From: Lachnospiraceae bacterium
GTDB lineage: Bacteria; Bacillota; Clostridia; Lachnospirales; Lachnospiraceae
Assembly: GCA_015057025.1 (NCBI GenBank)
Contig: SVFD01000007.1
Span: 94,879-134,878, forward strand
Length of the DNA: 40,000 bases
Direction: 5' to 3'
The notes beneath the pieces are model-generated. The model did no database searches. It was not told the DNA's origin and saw nothing but the letters and a program-made list of their open reading frames with translations. A program made the position numbers and the translations under genes. Numbering within the stretch: the first letter of the stretch is position 1; each line of letters opens with the position of its first letter. This document shows positions 6,949 to 15,146 of this stretch, one piece after another.

Positions 6949-9096
6949 ATGAAGAAAAAGGCCATTGAAAAGATACCGTATTTGGGATTAAAAAAGACTA
7001 GTCGAAAGAAACAGGTAAAGTATATCGGTGTTACTGCATTAAAAAATGTGGAACATGAAAGACATTTCTTTCTTGAGGTGTACGAAAATAAAAAAACGAG
7101 TATGGATGTTCCGGTAGTAAGAATTGTATGTACTCAAAAAGATTTCGGGACATATTTTCCGGAAAAGAATGAATGGTCAAGACAAAAAATATGTACAATG
7201 TGCTACTCGGATGGATTGATATGGGAATCAAGAGAAAATCGAGCAAGAACCTATCAGGAGCAGGAAAAGGTAAATGTAAATGTAAATGTGCTTTATGATG
7301 CTGCAGATTTGGAGAGAATAGAGAAATTCTTTAAGGATATAAAAGTGTGGAACAAAGGAAGATGGTGGGAGTTTATTGAGAGAAAGCAGAGTAATATTGT
7401 GTCTGGTGCACGTCGGAAAACAGAGAAAAGAAAATACGAAAGAAGGCAGCAGGCGCTAAATGAAAGATGCGAGAATACTGCAGAATTACCGAAGCATATG
7501 CTTCTGGAAATGGCAGATGAGAGATTTTTTAATCATAAGCATTATCTTTTTTACAAAAAGCGTGGAAGTTATGCAGATATAGCGTGTTCAAAGTGCGGTG
7601 GAGTGACCGAAGCAAGGTGGAGAGCCGGAATGTCATATGAAAGTCAGTTCCAAAGACACGTACAGGAACCAAGAGAAGGCGGTTTTGGTAATTGTCCTAT
7701 GTGCGGAGCTCGTGGAGAGTGGAAGTGCCAAGGAAAAGTTCGTTCAGCATTTTCAAAGACTGTGCATGTATTCTTAGGGCAGAAATATAAAGAGACCGGA
7801 TTTGTGATGAGGTACATAGAATTGTCAAAAGAATGGCAGTTACAAATGATATGCGGTGAAAAAGGACTGGAGATGTATAACTCGCACGAAGAATTGAGCG
7901 GAATTGAAATTGCAAGAGCTTATTTCGAAGATGGCAAAGCTGTGCAAACTGATTTTCAAAAACATGATCCATACGCTGGAAGAGATTTTTGGGATGATTG
8001 CAATTTGTACGGATTAAGTAACATCGTGATTAAAGAAGGTCCGCTATTAGAACAGACTTATGAAGAGATGAAGGGAACGATAGTGCAGTATAGCGGATTG
8101 AAGGAGTATATGGCAGCAGTCAAGAGTGCGAACCCTATCGACTATCTGAAACGGTATAGAGAAACACCACAATTAGAAATGCTTATGAAACTGGGATTGC
8201 ATGAAGTTGCGAAATCGCTTGTAAGTTGCAGATATGGCATTGTAGCCGACCAGCATGCACAAAGACCGGACGAGTTCCTTGGTATCCGCAAAGATAGAGT
8301 AAAATTCATTATATCAAAAGGTGGCAACTTGGACGTTCTGCGGATCCTACAGTCTGAGAAATGGCTCGGAGAAAACTGGACAGAGGAGCAAGTTGAAAAG
8401 TTGGCCGAGATTCAGGCAGACAGGCAGAAACTACATATGGCTGTGCAAATTATGACTATTCAGAAGATGCTTAATCGAATCGAGAAGTATGCTGGATGTG
8501 AATTTGGTACCGGTTGTACAACTGCATCGGCAAGGCTGAAACATACAGCAGATATCTATTTCGATTATCTGTCTATGCGTCAGACATTGGGATATAACCT
8601 TGAAAATACTGTATACCAACAGCCGAGAAACCTTGAACAGGCACATAATAATATGATTGCAGAAAATAATAAGGTTGAAGCTGATAAGCGATTGCAGGAA
8701 GTGGCCGAGAAGTATCCTGATATTAAACGTAAATACAGAGCGTGGCGTAAGAAGTATTACTATGAGGATGATAACTACGTAATCCGCCCGGTCCGTTCTG
8801 CGGAAGAAATCGTAATGGAGGGAAGATTACTGCATCATTGTGTAGGAGATAATAATTATTTACAAAAGCATAATACCGGTGCATCCATTATTTTAATGTT
8901 GAGGTTCAAGGATAAAGAAACAGAGCCTTATATCACGGTAGAAATAGCAGATGAGAAAATCCTTCAGTGGTATGGTGCACATGATAGAAAGCCAGATAAG
9001 GATAATATGCAAAGATGGCTTGATGCGTATGTAACAAGGTTAAAGTGTAATCATCCGCTTTCGGAATTGAGGAAATATGATTTTAAAATGGCATAA
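6949..9096 (+). CDS. PcfJ-like large protein (715 aa) with an internal Cys4 zinc ribbon
   Basis: The C-terminal GRLLHHCVGDNNYLQKH...SIILMLR...EPYITVEI...ILQWYGAHDRKP resembles the PcfJ domain. Zinc ribbon: CSKCGG...CPMCGARGEW. Confidence 0.5.
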   Translation: MKKKAIEKIPYLGLKKTSRKKQVKYIGVTALKNVEHERHFFLEVYENKKTSMDVPVVRIVCTQKDFGTYFPEKNEWSRQKICTMCYSDGLIWESRENRARTYQEQEKVNVNVNVLYDAADLERIEKFFKDIKVWNKGRWWEFIERKQSNIVSGARRKTEKRKYERRQQALNERCENTAELPKHMLLEMADERFFNHKHYLFYKKRGSYADIACSKCGGVTEARWRAGMSYESQFQRHVQEPREGGFGNCPMCGARGEWKCQGKVRSAFSKTVHVFLGQKYKETGFVMRYIELSKEWQLQMICGEKGLEMYNSHEELSGIEIARAYFEDGKAVQTDFQKHDPYAGRDFWDDCNLYGLSNIVIKEGPLLEQTYEEMKGTIVQYSGLKEYMAAVKSANPIDYLKRYRETPQLEMLMKLGLHEVAKSLVSCRYGIVADQHAQRPDEFLGIRKDRVKFIISKGGNLDVLRILQSEKWLGENWTEEQVEKLAEIQADRQKLHMAVQIMTIQKMLNRIEKYAGCEFGTGCTTASARLKHTADIYFDYLSMRQTLGYNLENTVYQQPRNLEQAHNNMIAENNKVEADKRLQEVAEKYPDIKRKYRAWRKKYYYEDDNYVIRPVRSAEEIVMEGRLLHHCVGDNNYLQKHNTGASIILMLRFKDKETEPYITVEIADEKILQWYGAHDRKPDKDNMQRWLDAYVTRLKCNHPLSELRKYDFKMA
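7270..7290 (+). repeat. Tandem hexanucleotide (GTAAAT)x3 plus GTG, in frame (VNVNVNV)
   Basis: Read directly in the PcfJ-like CDS. Confidence 0.9.
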
Positions 9097-9125
9097 TCAG
9101 CAGCAGGACAGTAGGAGGATAAACA

Positions 9126-9476
9126 ATGCTTACATTACCTATCAAGAAAAAGTGGTTTGACATGATACTTTCCGGAGAAAAGAAAGAAGAGTACCGGGAA
9201 ATAAAACCGTATTATACGAAAAGGCTTCAAAAAGTGTTCAATATGGTTGGAGATATCCCGGTTGATATGCTGGAAACACAAATCCGATTTACGAATGGAT
9301 ATGGTTACAAGGTTCCGGCTTTTATAGCAGATTGTCATTTAGAAAAAAGAATTGGTCGAGAAGAATGGGGAGCTGAAAAGGATGTAATTTACTATGTCCT
9401 CTGTATCGAAAAGATTAGGTGGAAGAGTATGGACGGATTAGGAGGATATCTTAGAGCTGGAGGTGGTGCCGGATGA
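9126..9476 (+). CDS. ASCH-domain (PUA-like) protein
   Basis: LTLPIKKKWFDMILSGEKKEEYREIKPYY and a size of ~116 aa are typical of phage ASCH proteins. Confidence 0.55.
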   Translation: MLTLPIKKKWFDMILSGEKKEEYREIKPYYTKRLQKVFNMVGDIPVDMLETQIRFTNGYGYKVPAFIADCHLEKRIGREEWGAEKDVIYYVLCIEKIRWKSMDGLGGYLRAGGGAG

Positions 9477-10021
9477 ATAGGAAAGATACCACTAAATTCC
9501 TCAGTCACCTTTTGATCAGCAATCGGCTGAGCGGTCGCGGGAAGTATTGGGCGAGCGAGGTTAGTATCGATTATGGCACATCGAATGTGAAGCGAGTAGA
9601 TTTTATGCAGTTCGAGCCCGAGGGCGTTATTTATCAAAGTGATATTGAAAAGGGTACATTTACCTGCTATGAGGTTAAGAGCTGCAGAGAGGATGTTTTC
9701 AGCGGAAACGGGCTGAATTTTATCGGCGAAAAGAATTATATCGTAACTACAATGGAGTGTTATAAGTCCATTCTGCCGGATATGAGGAGTGGAAAGCTAT
9801 GGGAACATATTAGAGAATGCTGCCCAGAGGCTTCCGGTCATTATGGGATTATAGTTCCTGTTCCATGGATGACCAAACCGGAAGATGAATATATAAATCC
9901 TACGGAGCTGGAAAAGGATGTGACTTGGGAAATGAAAGTGATTTTCCCCTGCAAGCAGGGAGGCAGAAAGAGGTCAACAACGGAGCTGCTATTCTGTATG
10001 TTGAGAAGCGGACAATATTAG
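9473..10021 (+). CDS. PD-(D/E)XK-type nuclease-like protein (MmcB-like)
   Basis: VDFMQFEP (D) followed by YEVKSCREDVFSG (E-x-K). ATGA coupling to the ASCH gene. Confidence 0.4.
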   Translation: MNRKDTTKFLSHLLISNRLSGRGKYWASEVSIDYGTSNVKRVDFMQFEPEGVIYQSDIEKGTFTCYEVKSCREDVFSGNGLNFIGEKNYIVTTMECYKSILPDMRSGKLWEHIRECCPEASGHYGIIVPVPWMTKPEDEYINPTELEKDVTWEMKVIFPCKQGGRKRSTTELLFCMLRSGQY

Positions 10022-10099
10022 AAGGATGTCCGGAATGGGGAGCGGTACCGGGCGAAAGATATTTCATTTTGAAGATTAAAGAAGTGGAGGAAATATAGA

Positions 10100-10264
10100 A
10101 TGGCATGTAAGTGTGCAATACAAACAGATGAATATCATGGATGGGAATGTTCAATAACAGAAGGTGCATGTATGTTTTTGGTGCCGGATAGTAAAAAGTG
10201 TGCTGAAGAATATGGAGAAGGACCGGATGTAGAAGAATTAGAGGAAGAAGTGGAGGAAATATAG
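10100..10264 (+). CDS. Small Cys-rich acidic protein (54 aa)
   Basis: Translation: MACKCAIQTDEYHGWECSITEGACMFLVPDSKKCAEEYGEGPDVEELEEEVEEI. RBS GGAGG. Flanked by 20-bp direct repeats. Below the ORF-track cut-off. Confidence 0.45.
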   Translation: MACKCAIQTDEYHGWECSITEGACMFLVPDSKKCAEEYGEGPDVEELEEEVEEI

Positions 10265-10266
10265 TT

Positions 10267-11499
10267 ATGGAACATCAAATAACATTAGATGAATGGTTAC
10301 AGTGGAAAGAAGACATTAGAAGAAAGCTTGCAGAAACGGCAGGAAACTTCGTACATATAGGATATCGATTAAAACAGATTCGCGACAGCGGAATGTTTGA
10401 CGGAGCTTCAGATATTTTCGAATTTGCACAAAAGGAATATGGACTTGCCAAGTCAACGGTAAGCCGTTTTATTGCAATCAATGAGAAGTTTTCCGAGGGA
10501 GGTAATTCCTTGGAACTGAAAGAAGAATTTCGGGCAATCGGCAGCAGTAAGCTTGCCGAGATGCTCACACTTTCAGATAGTGAGTGTCTGATGATCACAG
10601 AAAAGACCACGGTTAAAGATATCCGGGAGCTTAAGCAATTCAGTCGGCAGCAGGTGCCGGAAGGACTGGAAGAAACAAATTATACGCCTCTGCAGAAGTG
10701 CATTATTGAGTTGTTCAACAGGAAAGAAAAGCGGGAAATACTGAATAAAGTCCTTGATTTATTAATGAATGCAGAGTCGGGCGACATCCTGAAGGATGTG
10801 GTTGAACTGATTAATCCCAGTGGATATGCAACCTGTAAAAAAGGAATCATTTTCCTTTTTCTGTACGATATGCAGACCGGCATTAAATATAAATCCATGG
10901 TAGAACCGAATCCTGTCAATATGGAGTGGCTGGATTTTCTCATTGAGATAACCAAAATATACGGAGAATTTTATATGCCGGCAGCAGACACATGGGCAAA
11001 TTTCTATGGAGAGCCGGCGCCGGACCCTGAGTTGAAAAAGGGACCGGAAAAAACGGAAGAAATGCCGAAAAATCAGGATGTTGCGACGTCGCAACAGACA
11101 GCGAAAAAAGAGGTAAAAACAGATGAAAAAGAGAGTAGAAAAGACTGTATTAAGGGCGAAGATAAAACATCAACTGATGACTCCGGAGAAAGTGAATGCA
11201 GTGTGGAAGAAATGGTGGAATCCGATATTGATACATCACTGGCAGAAAAGGAAATTACAGAACATGATGCAGGAAATGGAGAAGCAGAGACAGAAGGAAG
11301 TGATACAGATAATGAGTCTGCAAGCAAAGTAATAGATAACATTCAAAGTATCGCTGATACTTTGGACGAAGTTTATAGCTGGGATGAATACAACCTTCCT
11401 CAGATTGAGACTGTCAAGGCAAAGAAAAACAGTTTGAACATGCTCATCATCCAGTTGGAGCGCCTGGAGAAACTGTTAGAAGGAGGTTTAGCAGAATGA
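10267..11499 (+). CDS. DUF3102-like HTH protein with a long acidic low-complexity C-terminal half
   Basis: The N-terminal FVHIGYRLKQIRDSGMF...FEFAQKEYGLAKSTVSRFIAINEKF...LAEMLTL matches the DUF3102 pattern as I recall it. The C-terminal half is rich in E, D, S and T. Confidence 0.5.
   Translation: MEHQITLDEWLQWKEDIRRKLAETAGNFVHIGYRLKQIRDSGMFDGASDIFEFAQKEYGLAKSTVSRFIAINEKFSEGGNSLELKEEFRAIGSSKLAEMLTLSDSECLMITEKTTVKDIRELKQFSRQQVPEGLEETNYTPLQKCIIELFNRKEKREILNKVLDLLMNAESGDILKDVVELINPSGYATCKKGIIFLFLYDMQTGIKYKSMVEPNPVNMEWLDFLIEITKIYGEFYMPAADTWANFYGEPAPDPELKKGPEKTEEMPKNQDVATSQQTAKKEVKTDEKESRKDCIKGEDKTSTDDSGESECSVEEMVESDIDTSLAEKEITEHDAGNGEAETEGSDTDNESASKVIDNIQSIADTLDEVYSWDEYNLPQIETVKAKKNSLNMLIIQLERLEKLLEGGLAE
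11080..11095. repeat. Perfect 16-bp palindrome GTTGCGACGTCGCAAC (copy 2, inside the DUF3102-like CDS)
   Basis: Identical to 4197-4212. Encodes VATSQ. Confidence 0.9.
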
Positions 11500-11627
11500 T
11501 AAAGATGACCAACGAGGATTACGCTAAATTTTCCGAAGAATGGAAAAAGGCCTGTAGAAGAGTGCGGCATAGCAAAGCCAATCTGAAGAAGATAAGAATA
11601 ATACCAAACGAGAGGAGTTTGCAGTAA
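11496..11627 (+). CDS. Hypothetical protein (43 aa)
   Basis: ATGA overlap upstream and TAATG overlap downstream fill the gap exactly. Translation: MIKMTNEDYAKFSEEWKKACRRVRHSKANLKKIRIIPNERSLQ. Confidence 0.4.
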   Translation: MIKMTNEDYAKFSEEWKKACRRVRHSKANLKKIRIIPNERSLQ

Positions 11628-12061
11628 TGGAGTTGAAAGAAAGTGCGGAAATACTGAATGGAAATAGGCCTGATTGCCAACAGTTTTTAGAAAATGTTGC
11701 AGTGTTGGAAAGAACACTTGCAGAGTATCAAAAGATAGGTACAGTCGATGAATTAAGAGAAATGAAGAAGAACTATAAGAAGTTCAAGCAGAATAAAAAC
11801 AAATTATACAGAGATATGCATAAAAAGCTTAAAGCAGAGTATATAAAAGGGCAAGAAAAAGCACTTGAAGCAATCGGCACAGTGGAAGAATTTAAGGCTT
11901 TGAAAGAGAAGAGTGTGGCGAAGAAACCACTTTGCACTACAATAGCAAAAGATAAAGATACAAGTGTTGGTATGATTGGAAGATGCCCTTGCTGTGATGG
12001 CATTATTGCAGAAGATATGTTGTGGTGTGAAGATTGCGGACAGAAACTTGATTGGCATTAG
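11627..12061 (+). CDS. Coiled-coil protein with a C-terminal zinc ribbon
   Basis: CPCCDG...WCEDCG at the C-terminus. The middle of the protein is K/E-rich and helical. Confidence 0.55.
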   Translation: MELKESAEILNGNRPDCQQFLENVAVLERTLAEYQKIGTVDELREMKKNYKKFKQNKNKLYRDMHKKLKAEYIKGQEKALEAIGTVEEFKALKEKSVAKKPLCTTIAKDKDTSVGMIGRCPCCDGIIAEDMLWCEDCGQKLDWH

Positions 12062-12145
12062 CAAGTTACCATCAAATTAAAAACGCACGGAAACACAAGG
12101 AATTTTACATTTTTGATGTGTTTTGTGCAAGTTATCAGCAAGTTA
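12061..12145 (+). repeat. Three direct copies of GCAAGTTA in a 98-nt intergenic gap
   Basis: Copies at 12061-12068, 12127-12134 and 12138-12145. The first two extend to GCAAGTTAYCA. Confidence 0.7.
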
Positions 12146-12159
12146 GAAAGGAAGAAGAT

Positions 12160-12426
12160 ATGGGATATTTAACACACAAAGAGAAAAGTTTATTATTTTC
12201 AGCATTAACAAGAGAAGAAAAAGTTTGCAAAGAAAACGGTTTTGAAGACCTTGTGCCAGTTATTAAAAGTCTTGAAGGAAAATTCTATTATGACCGATTT
12301 GAAAAAGAAATCCGCAACAAGGCTATTGATGAATTTGCAGAAAAACTAAAACCACTTTTAAACACTTATGCTGACACAGTAAGGCTTGATAAAGTAGCAG
12401 AGCAGATGAAAGGCGGTGCGGAATGA
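12160..12426 (+). CDS. Hypothetical protein (88 aa)
   Basis: Start moved to MGYLTHKEK (RBS AAAGGAAG). Confidence 0.5.
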   Translation: MGYLTHKEKSLLFSALTREEKVCKENGFEDLVPVIKSLEGKFYYDRFEKEIRNKAIDEFAEKLKPLLNTYADTVRLDKVAEQMKGGAE

Positions 12427-12686
12427 GAAAGTCTGAAAGAAACAGCATTGAAAAATGGGCTAGTGGATTAACTAATGAAGAACTGGAAAAAGAGTATTAT
12501 AAATCAGTATATGATTCTTTAGGTACTGAAACAGAAGATATGTATGAACTTGGGTATGATATTCGAGATATACAGGAAAGAGAAAAACACGAAAAGTATC
12601 TTGGAGAAAAAGCAGATGTTTTAGAAGCACTATGTGAAGAACGAGGAATTAAATTATGGCAGAAAGGAAGTGAAGAAAATGGGTAG
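12423..12686 (+). CDS. Hypothetical protein (87 aa)
   Basis: ATGA coupling. Acidic and helical. Confidence 0.5.
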   Translation: MRKSERNSIEKWASGLTNEELEKEYYKSVYDSLGTETEDMYELGYDIRDIQEREKHEKYLGEKADVLEALCEERGIKLWQKGSEENG

Positions 12687-12975
12687 ATTGATAGAAGAAA
12701 ATTCAGTGATTGAAGTAGCAGAAAAATTTACTTTTACAGATGAAAATGAAAGAAGTAAGTATTTGGATTTTGTAAGATACTGTGTACAAAACTCAAAGAC
12801 AGCCTATGACGTGGAAAAGGTTGTGGCAGAGTTGGAAAAGGGCTTGAAGAATTTGGAACATAATAAAAAATTGTTTGAAGATAATCAAGCAGAACGTGGT
12901 GTTCTTATGTGTGATAGTGAAATTACAGCATTTAAAATGGCAATCGACATAGTAAAGGCAGGCGGGGTGGAATGA
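12679..12975 (+). CDS. Hypothetical protein (98 aa)
   Basis: Start at MGRLIEEN with GGAAGTGAAG upstream. Confidence 0.5.
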   Translation: MGRLIEENSVIEVAEKFTFTDENERSKYLDFVRYCVQNSKTAYDVEKVVAELEKGLKNLEHNKKLFEDNQAERGVLMCDSEITAFKMAIDIVKAGGVE

Positions 12976-13130
12976 TGTATGAAGTATATGACAAATTCAA
13001 CGAATACAAATTCGTAGTAATGAATGTTGATAAGGTCATAGAAAACAAGTATGATTTTAAATTCAAATACAATAACGGAACTTATTCTTGCAACTATTCC
13101 AAAAGTAATTATGAGTATTGCGAGAGATAG
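12972..13130 (+). CDS. Hypothetical protein (52 aa)
   Basis: ATGA overlap with the preceding stop. Translation: MMYEVYDKFNEYKFVVMNVDKVIENKYDFKFKYNNGTYSCNYSKSNYEYCER. Confidence 0.35.
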   Translation: MMYEVYDKFNEYKFVVMNVDKVIENKYDFKFKYNNGTYSCNYSKSNYEYCER

Positions 13131-13141
13131 CGAGGTGTAAA

Positions 13142-13390
13142 ATGAATCCATTTAAAATATTCTTAAAGAAAAATAAGAGTGACAAAAAGCAATTAAAAGA
13201 ATTAAAAAAATATCCTTGTGATTGCTATTTAAGCAATGCATTGTATTTTATCGAAACAGGCGAAATAGATGTCGCATACAAGGAAATATGTTATGCGATT
13301 TTAAGAAGTGGCGGAAAGCTATCTGATTCACAGCTTAAAAAATTTAACGAATTGAAAAACAAGCGAGGGGTAACATGCAGGGATCTATAG
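13142..13390 (+). CDS. Hypothetical protein (82 aa)
   Basis: Start at MNPFKIF (RBS GAGGTG). Confidence 0.45.
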   Translation: MNPFKIFLKKNKSDKKQLKELKKYPCDCYLSNALYFIETGEIDVAYKEICYAILRSGGKLSDSQLKKFNELKNKRGVTCRDL

Positions 13391-13989
13391 AAAATACACA
13401 TATTGTTATTAAAAGAGAAGATATATACAAGTATTTATCAGAACCAGAGTTAATATCATTGGAACATATCTTACATAGCATCAGCATTGGCAGGGCAAGA
13501 GAAGGTAAAAATCAAAATAATACATATTATATCTGCAATACAGATGAATCCTATGCTGACAAGGTATTGAATATCATACTGAATCAAGGGGCATCAGATG
13601 GTTGGATTCCTTGCAGTGAGAGATTGCCGGAAGAACCGAGAAAAATAATTGTAGAAATTGAAGACGTATTGGATTTGATTAATGCAAATGTATTGATAGA
13701 ATATAACGTCACTTTGCAAGGTGCAAAATTACCTACCAGTATGTACTATGCCGGAAATGGTTTCTGGTTTGATGAAGCCAGTAGAGAGTTCTATCCTGTT
13801 ATCGCGTGGCAACCACTTCCTGAAGTTTATCAGCCACTGGCAGCAGTCAATCATGAAACCTGTTGGGAAACCGGTGGTGAATGTCCCAGTGAACATGCAG
13901 ATACAAAAGAAGATGGAAGAACTCAGAAAAAGCATTACCGGACTGGATGCGCTGTTAGAGATACTAAATCGTTACTACTCAGAGGATGA
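13375..13989 (+). CDS. DUF551-like phage protein; 3' end uncertain
   Basis: DGWIPCSERLPEE ... VIAWQPLPEVYQP is the DUF551 signature. The ORF runs 47 codons beyond it and overlaps a second coding-looking frame. Confidence 0.55.
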   Translation: MQGSIENTHIVIKREDIYKYLSEPELISLEHILHSISIGRAREGKNQNNTYYICNTDESYADKVLNIILNQGASDGWIPCSERLPEEPRKIIVEIEDVLDLINANVLIEYNVTLQGAKLPTSMYYAGNGFWFDEASREFYPVIAWQPLPEVYQPLAAVNHETCWETGGECPSEHADTKEDGRTQKKHYRTGCAVRDTKSLLLRG

Positions 13990-14095
13990 GTATCAGAAGA
14001 TAGCGTATGCAGTCCAACAACAAGGTTTTAACGTGGCAGAACTGACATATCAGCTGTCTCGTATAAAACCGGAGATAATTTATAAAAAGATATAA
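13853..14095 (+). CDS. Hypothetical helical protein; start uncertain (ATG at 13853 or 13895)
   Basis: The +1-frame ORF ends in a plausible helical sequence (MEELRKSITGLDALLEILNRYYSEDEYQKIAYAVQQQGF...). Neither candidate ATG has a good RBS. Confidence 0.35.
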   Translation: MKPVGKPVVNVPVNMQIQKKMEELRKSITGLDALLEILNRYYSEDEYQKIAYAVQQQGFNVAELTYQLSRIKPEIIYKKI

Positions 14096-14134
14096 GGAGG
14101 ACGCCTATGAAGTATAAATAAAACAATAGGATTA

Positions 14135-14641
14135 TTATTTTTCTATCAAAATCTGCTCCAGTTTTTCATTTAATGAAATATTAGCATTTTTAAAATTGTT
14201 AATAAGTTTAAAAATAGTTTGTTTGTCATCAGAAGATAAAGTTTTATTAATTTTTGGTCCTAAAAACGAACCTAATTGTTCATATGCATTTACAAATTCA
14301 TCTATTGAAATATTTGTTTTTTTTAAAATAGTATTGTGAATTTTGGCATAGTTATATATTTGTACTGATTTTCGGGTAACAGAATTTAGTAATTCTTCAA
14401 ATGGAGCTGGCTTCATTAATTCAACAGGAGTATACCCGGGGCTACATTTATTTATTAATAAAACAATACTTTCATAGTTTTCACATACCATTACTGAAAG
14501 AGTATTAATAACATTAAAAATAGTTTCTCGGCGTTTTTCTACTTTTTTTAGTTTATGAGATACAAATGCTTGAAAACAGAAAATAAAAAAACCATTGCAT
14601 GCAATAGGTATTAGAAGTGTCAACCAGTCGTTAGTATCCAT
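14135..14641 (-). CDS. Antisense-oriented AT-rich moron: 168 aa protein with one N-terminal TM helix, function unknown
   Basis: Start at MDTNDW (ATG 14641, RBS AAGGAGG). TM segment: LTLLIPIACNGFFIFCFQAFV. It is the only minus-strand gene inside the plus-strand operon and is visibly more AT-rich than its neighbours. Confidence 0.7.
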   Translation of the reverse strand: MDTNDWLTLLIPIACNGFFIFCFQAFVSHKLKKVEKRRETIFNVINTLSVMVCENYESIVLLINKCSPGYTPVELMKPAPFEELLNSVTRKSVQIYNYAKIHNTILKKTNISIDEFVNAYEQLGSFLGPKINKTLSSDDKQTIFKLINNFKNANISLNEKLEQILIEK

Positions 14642-14777
14642 GATTAGTATAGATCCTCCTTTGAGTAAAGATATTGAAAACATAATATAATATTTTGTTA
14701 TTTGGTACAAGTATTTGAATTAGATATCATTCAAAAAATAAGAATGTAAAGAATTTAATGAAAGGAAAAATGAAAAA

Positions 14778-15146
14778 GTGAAAAATTTGCAAACGGGAGC
14801 CTGTATCTATTGCGGGCAAATAAGACAGATAGAAGTAGACGGTAGAAGAACCGAACAGGAATTAGCAAATCTTGCAACAATGAAATGTACATGCCCAGAT
14901 GCAAAAGCTGCCCAGAAAGTAGAACATATGCAGCTGACAGCTGAAACAAATGTTGAGAAGTTGTTCAAAGAAGAGAATCCTGATATGGCAAGTTTGTTAA
15001 AGGCAGCAGTACTTCCGATTATGGGAGACCGAATCGACCAGATTACCATAAAATCCGGCAAGATGACCGGAAAAATATCGATTAACAGTAAAGGTGGAAT
15101 AAAGGTAGAAAGAACCGACACCAATAAGAAAGCGTTGGAAGCGTAA
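14778..15146 (+). CDS. Hypothetical protein (122 aa) with an N-terminal CxxC...CxC motif
   Basis: GTG start. Motif: GACIYCGQ ... MKCTCPD. Confidence 0.5.
   Translation: MKNLQTGACIYCGQIRQIEVDGRRTEQELANLATMKCTCPDAKAAQKVEHMQLTAETNVEKLFKEENPDMASLLKAAVLPIMGDRIDQITIKSGKMTGKISINSKGGIKVERTDTNKKALEA

Noticed and set aside
7270-7290. (GTAAAT)x3 tandem repeat as a possible phase-variation switch
   Set aside because: The unit length is a multiple of three, so copy-number change keeps the frame. With only three units, it most likely just encodes VNVNVNV.
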